Source: a virus
Taxonomy: Duplodnaviria; Caudoviricetes
Virus record (IMG/VR): IMGVR_UViG_3300029286_001711
Reading direction: 5' to 3' (one strand)
Length of the DNA: 64,000 nucleotides
Shown here: piece by piece, positions 19,342-30,640 of the stretch
Position numbering within the stretch: position 1 is the first letter of the stretch
How the letters are laid out: the number at the start of each line of letters is the position of its first letter
Notes under the pieces: model-generated
What the model was told of the DNA's origin: nothing
What the model saw: only the letters and a program-made list of their open reading frames with translations
The model's database searches: none
Made by a program: the position numbers and the translations under genes

Positions 19342-22300
19342 CCCCAATAAAGTGGGTCATTTGAATCTTTAAATCTTTTAATAAAATCTAAAGCAAACTT
19401 ACTTCTTTCATATGGATAGTTCATCTTATAGATTTCATAACCCTTATTGCATTTATCACAAACCTCAACGTGATTAGCAAAATTCCAAGCTGATATGTCA
19501 GCGTCTTTAGCCACACTACTATCTTTTAGAAAACGATTCCATAATGTCTTACCATAGGGGGTTTTTGGGTTGACTAAATATTCTAACTGACTTTCTACCG
19601 TATTTCCAACGTCTTCTACTTTAACATATTGTTGGTTCCATTGTATTAAACCATATGAAGAATATCCATTTAAATCTTTAGCGTTCACAGCCCCAGGGTT
19701 AAATAAACTCTCTTTTTGTATATTACCCATAATACCAGCCACTTGTATTTCAGTTAAACCTTTGGACTTAAGGAAGTTTTTTACTTTAACTTGATTTGTG
19801 GTCTTCTCAGTGTCAGATATTTTTGTGGATTGTGGTACATTTGAACCGTACCCCACATCAAAAGATGGTATAGCTGAATTTACATTACCAATACAATTTT
19901 CTTTCTTATTTAAAAATCTTGATCCGTCTATTTTTCCATCCCTAGACCAGTTTTTAGTGGTAAGCCTATGTACTTGTAGGTGTAAATGTAAACCAGTATT
20001 ACGAACATTAGTACCATTAGATGTTTTATTTGGCCATACCGATTTACCTAATTCTTGTCCTGTTGTCACCTTACTGTTAAGTGTTATATTACTATTTGCA
20101 ACAGAGTGTCCATAGACATAAAAATAATAAAAGCCATCACTAAAAGGATCTTCACCACCGTTCTCACCGTATCTTACAATAATCCAACCGCCATTTGGTG
20201 GGGAGCCGAAACCTTCTGCTTGACCGATATTTGTAACAACACCATTATATGCTGATTTAATTTTTGCACTCTTACCGTTACTTTTACTACGATTAAACTC
20301 TTCTGTACCTGCCACCCAAGATTCATCTGGACTACTAAATCCAATGTCTAATCCAGAATGTAGTTCACCACTGCTTCGATAAACCTGACTAGTGACTACT
20401 GGTTTATTAACACAATATACAGGGTTATCAAATAATTTTAAAATATCCTCACTTATATCAGGATAGAGATTTGGATCTACTCTTCCACCTCTAGCGTTGG
20501 TAACAATTTGACCTAACTTAGAACCTTTTTTAGCTTCCACATTTTTTAATGATAGATTCATAGCAACCGCCGCGTCAGTAACTAACGGTATGGTTGTTCT
20601 AGGTTGTCTAACACCTTTAAAGGTTGTTGTTGCGTGATTAGGTTTAATATTGTGTGATACTTTAGTTATTAGATAGGCCCCGTTAAACATTGGTACACCT
20701 AATAAGTCAAAATATGTCATTGGTTGAATCATCATATTACCTAACGACTCTATTTGACAGGTATATGAACGTGTTAAATATACACTATTTAAATTCTGAC
20801 CCTTTGTTGATTGGTCTGTTCCACCTTGTTGTGATAATTTATCGATAACTAATAATGATTCAGCTGTTTCACTAAATTCAGATTGATCTAATTGTATATT
20901 TTTAAAGTGATTCTGAGTGTCTAAACCATAAACAACCTTAAAAGCCACAAAACCAACATCATCATTACCATTTTCATTCGCTAAAACAGTTCCATCGAAT
21001 TCTGAAGGTCTACCACCACCAGTTGTTAAACTAAAGCCATCGTCCTCAAAATTAACTTTTATGTGGTCAGCCTCACATTTAGTGTCCATTGCATAATTGA
21101 GCTGTCTTGAATTCCCACCAACGTACATTGACAAAAATAGGGGTCCACAACTAATGCTTTCCATATCCATTACTGGTCTAAACATATCCTCTAAATCAGT
21201 CGCATTAAGTCCTTTAGCTGAAAAATTAACATAGGCTGGTAACGGAAAGAACATGTACTCATTATCTGTTAGTACATCTGCAATATATTGGTATAAAGAA
21301 ATTTTCTTATTGGTTTTTAACTCATTTAATTTGGTTGCATCAATTACAACTTCATTTCCAATGTCACCCATTGTTCTATTAACATATTGAAAGTGTGATG
21401 CCAATGTAGGTTTATCGTTTTTATTAATACCTCTACATTTACTATTATCACCCAACCCATCTTCTAGTATATTAAAAAATAATTTTCCAGATGAAGAAGA
21501 TGAAATCCACTTATCTGTTAAAGATTTAAATGACCTATAAAGTGATAACTTCACATCTGTGTCATCTAATGATGTGTCATTCAATGGGCTTTCAGCATCT
21601 GAAGTTGTTTTTTCCAGTTCGGATACCCTTTTATCGTTATCTGGTCCTGTTATTACTTTATGATATTCATCTAAATACTTGTTGTATGATTCTGTGTTGG
21701 CCTGAAATGAATCACCAAATGGGTTGTTACCAACCAATGGCCCTGATTGAATACCGTACCAAATTTTAGGTGTTGAGTTAACAATTGTCCACTCAGCGAA
21801 CATTTTATCTACAACACTTTGATTGTTTTCCCTAAGTAAAAAAGCCGCACTTGCAAATTCATCGAGAAACTTTTTGTCCTTATCATCAACCCTAGTATAT
21901 AATTTATACGTATTCTCCATTTTTGACTTACCAAAATGTATTGGATCTATAGTAGGTAAAATGTCGGTTTTCCATTCCGCATCACACCAATCAGTAAATG
22001 TTTTAACAAATAAATCTTTTACCTCATCTGGTATATTTTCCATAACTAAACCCAAACCACCGTCGAAACTATTACTTCTTCTAATCCTCTTTTTTTCAAA
22101 ATCTTCGAAATATTCTGTAATAGTTTTTGAACCATCATTAGAAGCCGTCCACATAGATTGATAATCGGTTGTACCGATGGAGTTTTTAAATAACTGTATG
22201 TACGTTTCAGGTGCATCGACAATGGTATTATTAGAGTCAAAAACTACTGGATGTGTGTATGGTATGTGATGTGGTGATATCCATAACGATGGCCAACTAT

Positions 22301-25300
22301 AATTTAATGTTGCTGATGCGGCTCTTACATTTTGAATCAGGTTGTTTACTGGGACATTACCGTTCCAGGTACCATAATTAGTTTTATCATTATTAGCGAT
22401 ATCATCTTTATAGACACCATAATAATCAAAAGAAATTTTGATATCGTCATTGATATCCATACCGAAATTTTCGTTACTAGTACTAATTGAGTTCTCGTAG
22501 TTATTACCAAAAGCACTAGTTTGTATTTTACTGGCCCAACCACCAGTTGTGTTACCATATATACGAGTTAGATATACATTAAAATCGTTTCTTTTACTGT
22601 CTACTACTTTTTCACCGTCATTTCTAACACTCTTGGTTGGGTTATAACAGTTAAATCCAGGTTGTGCTAAAGGATCAAAACCCGTTGGTAGTTGAGTCGG
22701 TAAAAAAGGTCTTCTCCAAACTGTACTTCCGTTAATTACTGTTGTTCCTACAAACTCTTTCCATCTCCATAATTCTGATCCAAAAGCTAATACCCAGGCT
22801 TTTGGTACTTTAATTACACCCCCAGTTATATTGAAATTTTTAATAGTCCAAAACTCTGTACTATCTTTTAGATCATAGGCCCCTACACCCGTATTTGATA
22901 ACCCTCTAATTATCAATGGTGATGGCTTTAATAAATGTAAAAATAAGTAGGCTAGATTTCTATTTTGTGTTGTTTCCTCATTACCACTAGAATCTAATTT
23001 TAATGGTAGTGCACCAGCTAATTGTCTAAACGAATTAATGTTATCGTTCCAAATTGGTGTTGTCACAAAGGAGTCTATAATGCCACCTCTTTCCTCAACC
23101 TCAGAAGCGTCTGAGGTTGAACCAAATATACTACCTCTAAAATATATGTTTGTTCCACCAGTAACGTTTTTAAATTCAATAGTATCCTCTTGTTTAATTT
23201 CTGTCCCCCAAATAGTTGTTTGATTTGATGAAAAATTATAATCCGATTGAGCTTTTAAACTCACGGGGTAGGCCTCATTTACACGGGTAGTGTCTATCGC
23301 GGTAAAATATGTTAACCAGTATGGTTTAATTGCGTTTAAATTTCCCGTATCCCACCAGTCACCTTTTTGGTTGGCGTCCTGACAAGCTAAATTTATAAAA
23401 ATATTTTTAGTTTTAAACTCTAATATTTGTTGTGTCTCATCTAACACAAGGTTGTTTTCTATTTTAAAATCACTATCCGAAAAGTTAACGATGGTAGGGA
23501 AATATGTCGTTAATTTCGATTTATAATCTTCTAATACCGTTTTAAAATCTGTATTTGTTATTTCTATTTTATTAAATGTAGCACCATCGGTTATTATTTT
23601 CATTAAATTATCTACACCACCATCTTCTATCATTAAAAAAGGATCAGGATAGATGTGAACTGTGGTATCAACATCGGGCGCTGTTAATGTTATAAATGCG
23701 TCATTTGGGGTATATTTAATAATTGAGTTTGCCTCTGTAAGAGTCCCAGATTTACCTAATTCATTCTTAATAGAGGTTTTAAAATTTTCTAAGTCTTTAA
23801 AACTATCTTTTAATACTTGTAAAAATAGTTTACCAGCAGACCCATCTTTAGAATTTAATAAATTCCAACCATCTATTTTACCTAGAATAGTTGGTAAATC
23901 TGTTTTTGAATCTACAAATGGGTTCCATTTTCCTTTAGATTCTTGTGTTGGTAAAACAGTTCCTGTATATCTTTGTGGTTGAAAATTGGTGTGATCTAAT
24001 GAAATAAACAATCTCTCACCTATCGTCTTACTTATCCCCTCTAAAGATGTATCGGTCAAATCAGCATAAATCATTTTATTTTCATGTGAAATGGGTGCCT
24101 CTAATGTTGTAATTGGAGCGTAATTATCATATCCCACCTTACCTTCAGTATTGTTGTTAAGAATTTCTATTTCTTTTTCAAATTTTAAAAAAGCATCAAT
24201 AAAGTCTTCTACAAATCTAACTTCAACCCAGTTTTTAATAACAGATTTTGAACTCACACCTGGGTAGACTTCTTTTGTACCTTGGTCTTTACCAACCCCT
24301 TTTGAGGGGTAGTGGTTTGTTTCGTAATATGTAGGCCAAGCATAAACAGCTCCATCATTAGAAGTTATTTTTTCTCCAGGTCCTTGTTTATTGATTTCTT
24401 GTTTATAAGAATCTTTGTTATCTTTATGATAACGTTCTGCTTTTGTCGCTACCTCTAATAATGTACTTATGAAAGCTTCAGTATTGCATAATAAAACGGT
24501 GAATATGTTTCTAATTGTTGGTTTAAAACCAAACTGGGATTCGATAATAGTGTTGATTCCATCAACCGCTGTTTCTCTTTTGTTTTTAATAATACCCTTT
24601 ATTGTCTCCTCATCACCGTTAATCTTACTAAGTATGTATCCAAAATCTATGTAAAAAATTTCATTTCCAGTACTTGGATCTGTTTGTACTTCAGTAGATT
24701 CTTTATAACCGAGTAGTACCCCACGTTGCCAAGCTGTACTATCTAAGTCACTATAAACACGGTTAATATTCGTTTCTACATCAAAATCAGTCTTAGTTAA
24801 GGATGTTTGAACATTAATCCCCTCTAACCCATAATTTCCAGGTGTTATTTCTTGGGTTTTTATTCCCTTAATTAACCCAATTAAAGATCCAATATCCTTT
24901 CCAGATTTATTAAAATACTTCCCTAGAACCACATTGGCTGCATCAACTTCGGCTCTAGTTTTAAATTCAAATCTTACTCTTGGTTGTCCTGTTTGTGTTG
25001 ACCCCTTTGGGGTTAAACCGAGCTTTGTAATTAATTCATCTTTAATTAATTTATCTATCGATTCCTTATAATTTTCATATTTACTCTGAAATGATAAGAT
25101 ATTGGATAGTTCTAAAAACTCATCACTACCTTTAACTTCTGGTAATGAGGTTTCATTTAACCTATCTAATGCCTTTAAAATGTCTAATATGTTAACACAT
25201 CTATTTGGGGATACTGCAGGATTATCACAAAAAGGGTTTCCTCCTGTTACTAATTTATTATCTGTATAAAATTTCCAAGTATTTTCATATGCATTCCTCA

Positions 25301-26039
25301 AAGATTGTTTTGTTCCGTATGTACCTTCTGGAAGTAGTTGTGATGCACCAATATAACCAACAATCATATCGGATAAGAAGGCAAATGACCAACCAATAAA
25401 TTCTGCCTTACATTCCATATTACCTGTGTCTGAATTAAATCTCGCATTGAATTTAACTAAGTTTAAATAATATTTAACTGGTTTACCGTAATACCCCTTT
25501 ACTGTTAATTCAAATATTGGGTATGGTAGGTTGAAAAATAATCCGTATGGTGAACAAGAACCTTGTTCAAAGAGTGTAGCACCACGGACATCAACAAAAT
25601 CAATACTAACTTTAGGTGTTGTGACACTTTCAATATTAATATCAATGTTTGTTATACCAAAAGATTCGTAATCTTTCCCTAAACTTCCAGATTTGAATCC
25701 ACCTATTTCAGTCCAGTCTGTTGTTAAATTAGGTTTGGACCTAAATAGTTTTGTTCCGTCAACACTTTCTTGTGGGGAGGCTAAATTTATGGTATTTTTA
25801 ACATCGTTAGTAACCTTAATTTCATTATTTTCTTCAGTGATTACACTTTTACTTCTTTGTTTCGCAACCAAACTAACAAAGATATTTAAATCTTCATGTG
25901 GTACTATTTCTCCGATTGGGTTGGGATCTATTATTCTAATATTAGCACCAATGCCTACACCCGTATTTGATATTATTTGTGGGTTAAAACTACTTTTTGA
26001 GATAAAATTTAATCCACCAGTACCTTTATTATCTGCCAT
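19338..26039 (-). CDS. Giant baseplate hub/tail-tip protein with C-terminal M23 peptidase and phage tail lysozyme domains (2233 aa)
   Basis: M23 motifs HSGLD and HLH at about 19950-20420. Lysozyme motif VAGIMGNIQKES...YGLIQW at about 19341-19790. Position after the gp53-like gene. Confidence 0.75.
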   Translation of the reverse strand: MADNKGTGGLNFISKSSFNPQIISNTGVGIGANIRIIDPNPIGEIVPHEDLNIFVSLVAKQRSKSVITEENNEIKVTNDVKNTINLASPQESVDGTKLFRSKPNLTTDWTEIGGFKSGSLGKDYESFGITNIDINIESVTTPKVSIDFVDVRGATLFEQGSCSPYGLFFNLPYPIFELTVKGYYGKPVKYYLNLVKFNARFNSDTGNMECKAEFIGWSFAFLSDMIVGYIGASQLLPEGTYGTKQSLRNAYENTWKFYTDNKLVTGGNPFCDNPAVSPNRCVNILDILKALDRLNETSLPEVKGSDEFLELSNILSFQSKYENYKESIDKLIKDELITKLGLTPKGSTQTGQPRVRFEFKTRAEVDAANVVLGKYFNKSGKDIGSLIGLIKGIKTQEITPGNYGLEGINVQTSLTKTDFDVETNINRVYSDLDSTAWQRGVLLGYKESTEVQTDPSTGNEIFYIDFGYILSKINGDEETIKGIIKNKRETAVDGINTIIESQFGFKPTIRNIFTVLLCNTEAFISTLLEVATKAERYHKDNKDSYKQEINKQGPGEKITSNDGAVYAWPTYYETNHYPSKGVGKDQGTKEVYPGVSSKSVIKNWVEVRFVEDFIDAFLKFEKEIEILNNNTEGKVGYDNYAPITTLEAPISHENKMIYADLTDTSLEGISKTIGERLFISLDHTNFQPQRYTGTVLPTQESKGKWNPFVDSKTDLPTILGKIDGWNLLNSKDGSAGKLFLQVLKDSFKDLENFKTSIKNELGKSGTLTEANSIIKYTPNDAFITLTAPDVDTTVHIYPDPFLMIEDGGVDNLMKIITDGATFNKIEITNTDFKTVLEDYKSKLTTYFPTIVNFSDSDFKIENNLVLDETQQILEFKTKNIFINLACQDANQKGDWWDTGNLNAIKPYWLTYFTAIDTTRVNEAYPVSLKAQSDYNFSSNQTTIWGTEIKQEDTIEFKNVTGGTNIYFRGSIFGSTSDASEVEERGGIIDSFVTTPIWNDNINSFRQLAGALPLKLDSSGNEETTQNRNLAYLFLHLLKPSPLIIRGLSNTGVGAYDLKDSTEFWTIKNFNITGGVIKVPKAWVLAFGSELWRWKEFVGTTVINGSTVWRRPFLPTQLPTGFDPLAQPGFNCYNPTKSVRNDGEKVVDSKRNDFNVYLTRIYGNTTGGWASKIQTSAFGNNYENSISTSNENFGMDINDDIKISFDYYGVYKDDIANNDKTNYGTWNGNVPVNNLIQNVRAASATLNYSWPSLWISPHHIPYTHPVVFDSNNTIVDAPETYIQLFKNSIGTTDYQSMWTASNDGSKTITEYFEDFEKKRIRRSNSFDGGLGLVMENIPDEVKDLFVKTFTDWCDAEWKTDILPTIDPIHFGKSKMENTYKLYTRVDDKDKKFLDEFASAAFLLRENNQSVVDKMFAEWTIVNSTPKIWYGIQSGPLVGNNPFGDSFQANTESYNKYLDEYHKVITGPDNDKRVSELEKTTSDAESPLNDTSLDDTDVKLSLYRSFKSLTDKWISSSSSGKLFFNILEDGLGDNSKCRGINKNDKPTLASHFQYVNRTMGDIGNEVVIDATKLNELKTNKKISLYQYIADVLTDNEYMFFPLPAYVNFSAKGLNATDLEDMFRPVMDMESISCGPLFLSMYVGGNSRQLNYAMDTKCEADHIKVNFEDDGFSLTTGGGRPSEFDGTVLANENGNDDVGFVAFKVVYGLDTQNHFKNIQLDQSEFSETAESLLVIDKLSQQGGTDQSTKGQNLNSVYLTRSYTCQIESLGNMMIQPMTYFDLLGVPMFNGAYLITKVSHNIKPNHATTTFKGVRQPRTTIPLVTDAAVAMNLSLKNVEAKKGSKLGQIVTNARGGRVDPNLYPDISEDILKLFDNPVYCVNKPVVTSQVYRSSGELHSGLDIGFSSPDESWVAGTEEFNRSKSNGKSAKIKSAYNGVVTNIGQAEGFGSPPNGGWIIVRYGENGGEDPFSDGFYYFYVYGHSVANSNITLNSKVTTGQELGKSVWPNKTSNGTNVRNTGLHLHLQVHRLTTKNWSRDGKIDGSRFLNKKENCIGNVNSAIPSFDVGYGSNVPQSTKISDTEKTTNQVKVKNFLKSKGLTEIQVAGIMGNIQKESLFNPGAVNAKDLNGYSSYGLIQWNQQYVKVEDVGNTVESQLEYLVNPKTPYGKTLWNRFLKDSSVAKDADISAWNFANHVEVCDKCNKGYEIYKMNYPYERSKFALDFIKRFKDSNDPLYWG

Positions 26040-26041
26040 AC

Positions 26042-26368
26042 TTAATCATTAATTCCGTATAAAACGTTATATTGGTTTACTTGTTGTTGGTAATTTTGTA
26101 ACGCCGTAGGTAATGGAAAAGGTATTCTAATTTCCGTTCCATCGGGTATATTAAACTCCAAACCACCGAATTGGGGGTTTGCTAACATAATAAGCCAACC
26201 ATAGTATGGTGTATCATAATAGTGTTGTGAAACAATGTCAAGTCTAGTATTATTTTTATACTGTATTATTATGTCCGTTGGTTGTCCAAGTATTTTAATA
26301 AATGGTAGGACTTTATTTTTATTGTCTATCTTGAAATTACTATATCTATCGAAATATTTTTTTGCCAT
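26042..26368 (-). CDS. Baseplate wedge protein, gp53/LysM-like
   Basis: RLDIVSQHYYDTPYYGWLIMLANP...IPDGTEIRIP pattern. Position between tube initiator and hub. Confidence 0.75.
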   Translation of the reverse strand: MAKKYFDRYSNFKIDNKNKVLPFIKILGQPTDIIIQYKNNTRLDIVSQHYYDTPYYGWLIMLANPQFGGLEFNIPDGTEIRIPFPLPTALQNYQQQVNQYNVLYGIND

Positions 26369-26380
26369 ATTATATAATTT

Positions 26381-29300
26381 TTAATATCCTAAACTAGTTA
26401 GTGCCGTATTTACCGAACCGCCTGTACCTTTTTTAGAGGTGACGGTTGAAATTAATGTTACGTTACCGTATGGTGATTGGTAGGTTCCACTGTCTATTAC
26501 AATACCCTTAGAGGTACCATATAAAACACTAGTAACGGACCATATTTTCCACTTACCTTCATCAAGAAACTGTATGTAATTATTACTATCAGTTCTAAAT
26601 CTAAAGCCAAAAGGACCTGTCTGGGTTAAATCCTGACTTTTAACAACAATAGTCTCGGTAAATGTTACAAATCCATTCCCTTTTGATATTATATAAAGAG
26701 GACTATTCATATTTGTTAAAACATCTGTAAGTCTATTCCCCAAAAGAACTGACGGTGGTTTATTATCTGTATTTGATTTAGTGTTATCTACTGGTGATTT
26801 TTCCTCTATAACTTTATTCTCTTCTGGGGTGGTTTCAGCTTTTGTTGTATTATTATTTGTTGCGTTCTGTACCTCTTTATTAATCTCTTTTTGTATTTCA
26901 CTATATATCCTATCTGCATCTTCTGGTGAATTGAATGCACCATAAATGAAACTTCTTTTAGATTCTAACGCATTATTAATTTTTTGGGCTGGGTTATAAA
27001 CACCCGTATTGGCAAAAAAGTTATACGATACCGCGTTCTGTAATTGTTTGATTGGTCCACCCAGTGATGAACCACCAATAAACTTAAAGGATAAATCAAC
27101 TTTAACAATCATTGGTTGAACACCAATCCCTTCTGGGTTTAAATCCCATATTAAAGGATCATAGGTAAAGTTTATACTATCAATAATGATTTTAGTATGA
27201 TAGAAATCACCGATTCTTAACACACAAACTGGTGGTCTACCAAATACCATATTTTGTGGTGAGGTAGGATCCATTAATTGTGGTCCTTGTCTAGTACATT
27301 GTTGTAAGAAGGTTAACCTAGAGTTAAACCCCTCTGGGGTTATAGCGTGGAATGCCGGATGAAAATTATCCAATCTATCTTTCATTGAATTGTATATAAA
27401 TGGATCTTTATGTTTCATCTCCATAAAATAATCCGATTCGTTTATAAAAAGCTTTGCTATTTGTTTTTTAGCATCAGCTAATTGTTGAGCTTCTTTGTTC
27501 TTTTCAATAATCGATTTATTCTCTTCACTTTTAACTTCGTTAAGTAGATTAGATTGGAGTACTGGGTTTTTCTCTAATTTAATGGTTACTTTTCTAGCTT
27601 GTCTAGAATTTAAAGAATTCTCATTTTTACCGTTTGCACTACACGGATCTATTGCCGCCTCCACTTTCCAATCCTCGTCTTGGGTATCTGGTGGCGCTCC
27701 ACTCTCACCATCACTTGTCATTACCCATCTATCCTTACTATTTTCAATTACAATTTCAGAAGGGTAAGTTTTATCAGTACCCTCTAACTTAGGTGGACCC
27801 CCTTGATTTAATTCGTAATCTCGCATTTTAGTTAATAGATAGTCTCTAGTTGCTAAAGCTCTATCATTTCCCAATTTTTTGTTATAACCACCTGATGCGG
27901 TACCAGAACAATAACCATTAATTTTTATTGTATAGTTTTTACCGTCAGATGTTACCAGAAATTTAGCTAAATTATTTAAATCATCCTCTTTACCCTCATT
28001 TAAACCAGCTCTTGAACTATTAGGACAGTCCAAAGGGCCCACCTCATAACCATTTGGGTTTGCTAAATCTATTAAAAATACCGATCTACCAAGTTGTGTT
28101 GTATTAACACTGGTACATCCCTTATTTGCTGGACATTTTTCATCTGTTCTAGCATTCTGGAAAAATATATTTATATTATTTATAGGTGGTTCTTTTGGTG
28201 GATCAACTTTTACTGGTGTTTCATTAGGTGGTAAACAATCTTTACATGGAGCTGGATCTGGCACTTTAATTTCTTCAGGAAGAAAATCTTTAAACTTACT
28301 TTTTAAATCCGCACACCCACCAAAAAATGAATGTACAAAATCATCGGTTAACGCATTTGTTTCGAAATCCTTTTTTATTTGATTTAACACCGCTGGGTGA
28401 TCTACTACGATAGAAAAACTTAAATTTCCAGAACGTTCAGTGTGATTATATGTGTATATAGGTTCACCCCTTCCAACCATAGTGGTAGCATCCCAACTAA
28501 CAGATGTGTTATCATTAAAATCTAAATTGTATGGTGGAAACCACATAATTCTCCCCCTATTAGGTCCTTTTTCGGAATTAGGTAAGTAGTTGTATTGTGG
28601 TGCATCTACCCAAGCTAGATTTTCAATAGATAACATATATGGTACTAACAACCCTTTTATAGCAGTTAAATTAGTCGCGTTGTCTAAATTCTCCTTTTGT
28701 AATTGTTGAGCTCTAGTTGGTAGTGAATCTTTATAATTTGTGTTATCCGCAGAATCCCACGCAATTTTAGGTATACCAGTTTCAGTTAACGTCATATTTT
28801 TGGTTAAACCTCTTTCATCTACGTTTCTCCACCAATTTTTTTCACTTCTAATTAAATGACCAAAATCTTTATAAGGCCTTCTAACTGACCAAGAACGACA
28901 ATAAGCGTCACCCTCTTGTGTTAATGTTGTATTACCATTTGAATAGAAATCATGTTTTCCATCAAACTTATAGTTAGAATCATCATTTATAACACCAATA
29001 TACTGACCAGCAGTACCCTTTTTAGTTATAGAATTATTAACTAAATCTTGTGTGTATTTTAAAATACCTTTTTTAAATGGGTTTTTTCTAAATCCCCAGT
29101 ACATACCATTATCTAACGGTTGATGGAAGTCTGGTAATATCCCAGCAGGCATCGCCGTCCCAATACCACCTCTATCAAACTCACCACCACTACCCATGGG
29201 TGACGGTCCCCTTACATCCCAAGTGTCTGTAACGTTATTTAATAGGGTGTCAAAACCGTTACGATCCACCACACTTTTTCCATCACTACTAATTGTTAAA

Positions 29301-30613
29301 GATGGTGTGGTAGGGTCTAATGTGTTAAAATCAGGACCTGGTTTTACTGGGGTTTTATTACCACCAAAAATACTTTTTACTTTGTCATTAATATCTTCTA
29401 TTACAGAAGGGTTTCTAGTATTAGTGGGGTCTGTTGGTGCTGGTGATAAATAATTTATTGTACTTGGTGGTTGTCCCGCTCCAGCTAAATTCTTTTTAAC
29501 TGTTGCGTTAGTGGGTGTAGTATATGATGACCCCAATACTGGACCGTATTTGTTAATATAGAGAGCATCAAATAATAACGATTTCTGTCCGGCACCTGTA
29601 TAATCCAATAGTTCATTGGTTATATCTGGGTTATTTGGATCTGGAACCACACCATATCCACCAAAAGCGTCTTGTGGTATGATACTTGTCGGTAAGTTAA
29701 ATCCAGCTAATTTGGCTGTAAATTCAGCTACCTTTCCAAGACCTGTTTTAGGGACTGTAATGGTATAATTTCTTTCGATTAAATTACCACCAGCTAAAAG
29801 ACCAAAAGGACTTGTATTGATAGCGCCAACCGTATTATCAACAAAATTTAGTTTTATTCTATTCTTTAGTTCCTCACCCCTTCTTTTTCTGGCGATAGTA
29901 TCCAATTCGGAAATGTTTTGACCGTCTGGTTTATAGTTAATTCCTGATGATAAAGTACTGAAGGGTATACCACCAACACCTAAAGTTCTATTTAAATATG
30001 TTTCTCTAAAGTCTAATTGTATTTTGTCGTTGTATTGAATGAAACCCGTATTAATACCTGGATTATCTGGGTCATTATATGCAATAATTTCAGCTGGGCC
30101 GTATTTATTATTCTCCCTAGCGAACATTTTTAAATCCCTAATCTCATGGACGGTTGATGTATATCCCCCTTCATTAACCCATTCCTCAACATTACCAGCA
30201 AAACCTAATTTAAAGGTTTGTGGTACACCATAAGAAGTTCCTTGTGATGGAAACCCTTGGGAAAATATAAAGCTGTAATCTGGATGCCAAGCAGATAACT
30301 CAGTCTCTGTTGGATTCTTCGTAATACCGTCAGGGAGTGGACTAGTTAGATTATTATAAAGAGATGGTGTTACCGCTACAGTTTGTAAATCTGGTACGTC
30401 TGTGACGTTAAAAGTACTTTCTGATACGTTATACTCTGCACCCTTATCGTTTGATATTGAAGATCCTAAAGCCGTGTTAATAATTGGGTTAATATCTTTT
30501 AAATTATGACCCAATAGGAAATCCCTGAAATTATTATCAGTTATTGGTCCTAAGATACCACTATCAAAGTTATCAATATTATAGTTATTTGGGTTTATTT
30601 GATTTGACGGCAT
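26381..30613 (-). CDS. Tail tube initiator-like (gp48/gp54-type) protein with an inserted OmpA-like domain (1410 aa)
   Basis: Two tube-like segments (WFPPYNLDFND...GRGEPIYTYNHTERSG; PVCVLRIGDFYHTKIIIDSINF) flank IKINGYCS...YNKKLGNDRA...ARKVTI (OmpA C-like). Follows the tape measure gene. Confidence 0.55.
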   Translation of the reverse strand: MPSNQINPNNYNIDNFDSGILGPITDNNFRDFLLGHNLKDINPIINTALGSSISNDKGAEYNVSESTFNVTDVPDLQTVAVTPSLYNNLTSPLPDGITKNPTETELSAWHPDYSFIFSQGFPSQGTSYGVPQTFKLGFAGNVEEWVNEGGYTSTVHEIRDLKMFARENNKYGPAEIIAYNDPDNPGINTGFIQYNDKIQLDFRETYLNRTLGVGGIPFSTLSSGINYKPDGQNISELDTIARKRRGEELKNRIKLNFVDNTVGAINTSPFGLLAGGNLIERNYTITVPKTGLGKVAEFTAKLAGFNLPTSIIPQDAFGGYGVVPDPNNPDITNELLDYTGAGQKSLLFDALYINKYGPVLGSSYTTPTNATVKKNLAGAGQPPSTINYLSPAPTDPTNTRNPSVIEDINDKVKSIFGGNKTPVKPGPDFNTLDPTTPSLTISSDGKSVVDRNGFDTLLNNVTDTWDVRGPSPMGSGGEFDRGGIGTAMPAGILPDFHQPLDNGMYWGFRKNPFKKGILKYTQDLVNNSITKKGTAGQYIGVINDDSNYKFDGKHDFYSNGNTTLTQEGDAYCRSWSVRRPYKDFGHLIRSEKNWWRNVDERGLTKNMTLTETGIPKIAWDSADNTNYKDSLPTRAQQLQKENLDNATNLTAIKGLLVPYMLSIENLAWVDAPQYNYLPNSEKGPNRGRIMWFPPYNLDFNDNTSVSWDATTMVGRGEPIYTYNHTERSGNLSFSIVVDHPAVLNQIKKDFETNALTDDFVHSFFGGCADLKSKFKDFLPEEIKVPDPAPCKDCLPPNETPVKVDPPKEPPINNINIFFQNARTDEKCPANKGCTSVNTTQLGRSVFLIDLANPNGYEVGPLDCPNSSRAGLNEGKEDDLNNLAKFLVTSDGKNYTIKINGYCSGTASGGYNKKLGNDRALATRDYLLTKMRDYELNQGGPPKLEGTDKTYPSEIVIENSKDRWVMTSDGESGAPPDTQDEDWKVEAAIDPCSANGKNENSLNSRQARKVTIKLEKNPVLQSNLLNEVKSEENKSIIEKNKEAQQLADAKKQIAKLFINESDYFMEMKHKDPFIYNSMKDRLDNFHPAFHAITPEGFNSRLTFLQQCTRQGPQLMDPTSPQNMVFGRPPVCVLRIGDFYHTKIIIDSINFTYDPLIWDLNPEGIGVQPMIVKVDLSFKFIGGSSLGGPIKQLQNAVSYNFFANTGVYNPAQKINNALESKRSFIYGAFNSPEDADRIYSEIQKEINKEVQNATNNNTTKAETTPEENKVIEEKSPVDNTKSNTDNKPPSVLLGNRLTDVLTNMNSPLYIISKGNGFVTFTETIVVKSQDLTQTGPFGFRFRTDSNNYIQFLDEGKWKIWSVTSVLYGTSKGIVIDSGTYQSPYGNVTLISTVTSKKGTGGSVNTALTSLGY

Positions 30614-30631
30614 AATTCCAATCTATTTTTC

Positions 30632-30640
30632 TATAAATAT
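30632..30640 (-). promoter_or_regulatory. Putative late promoter motif ATATTTATA
   Basis: 18 nt upstream of ATG 30613. Confidence 0.55.
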
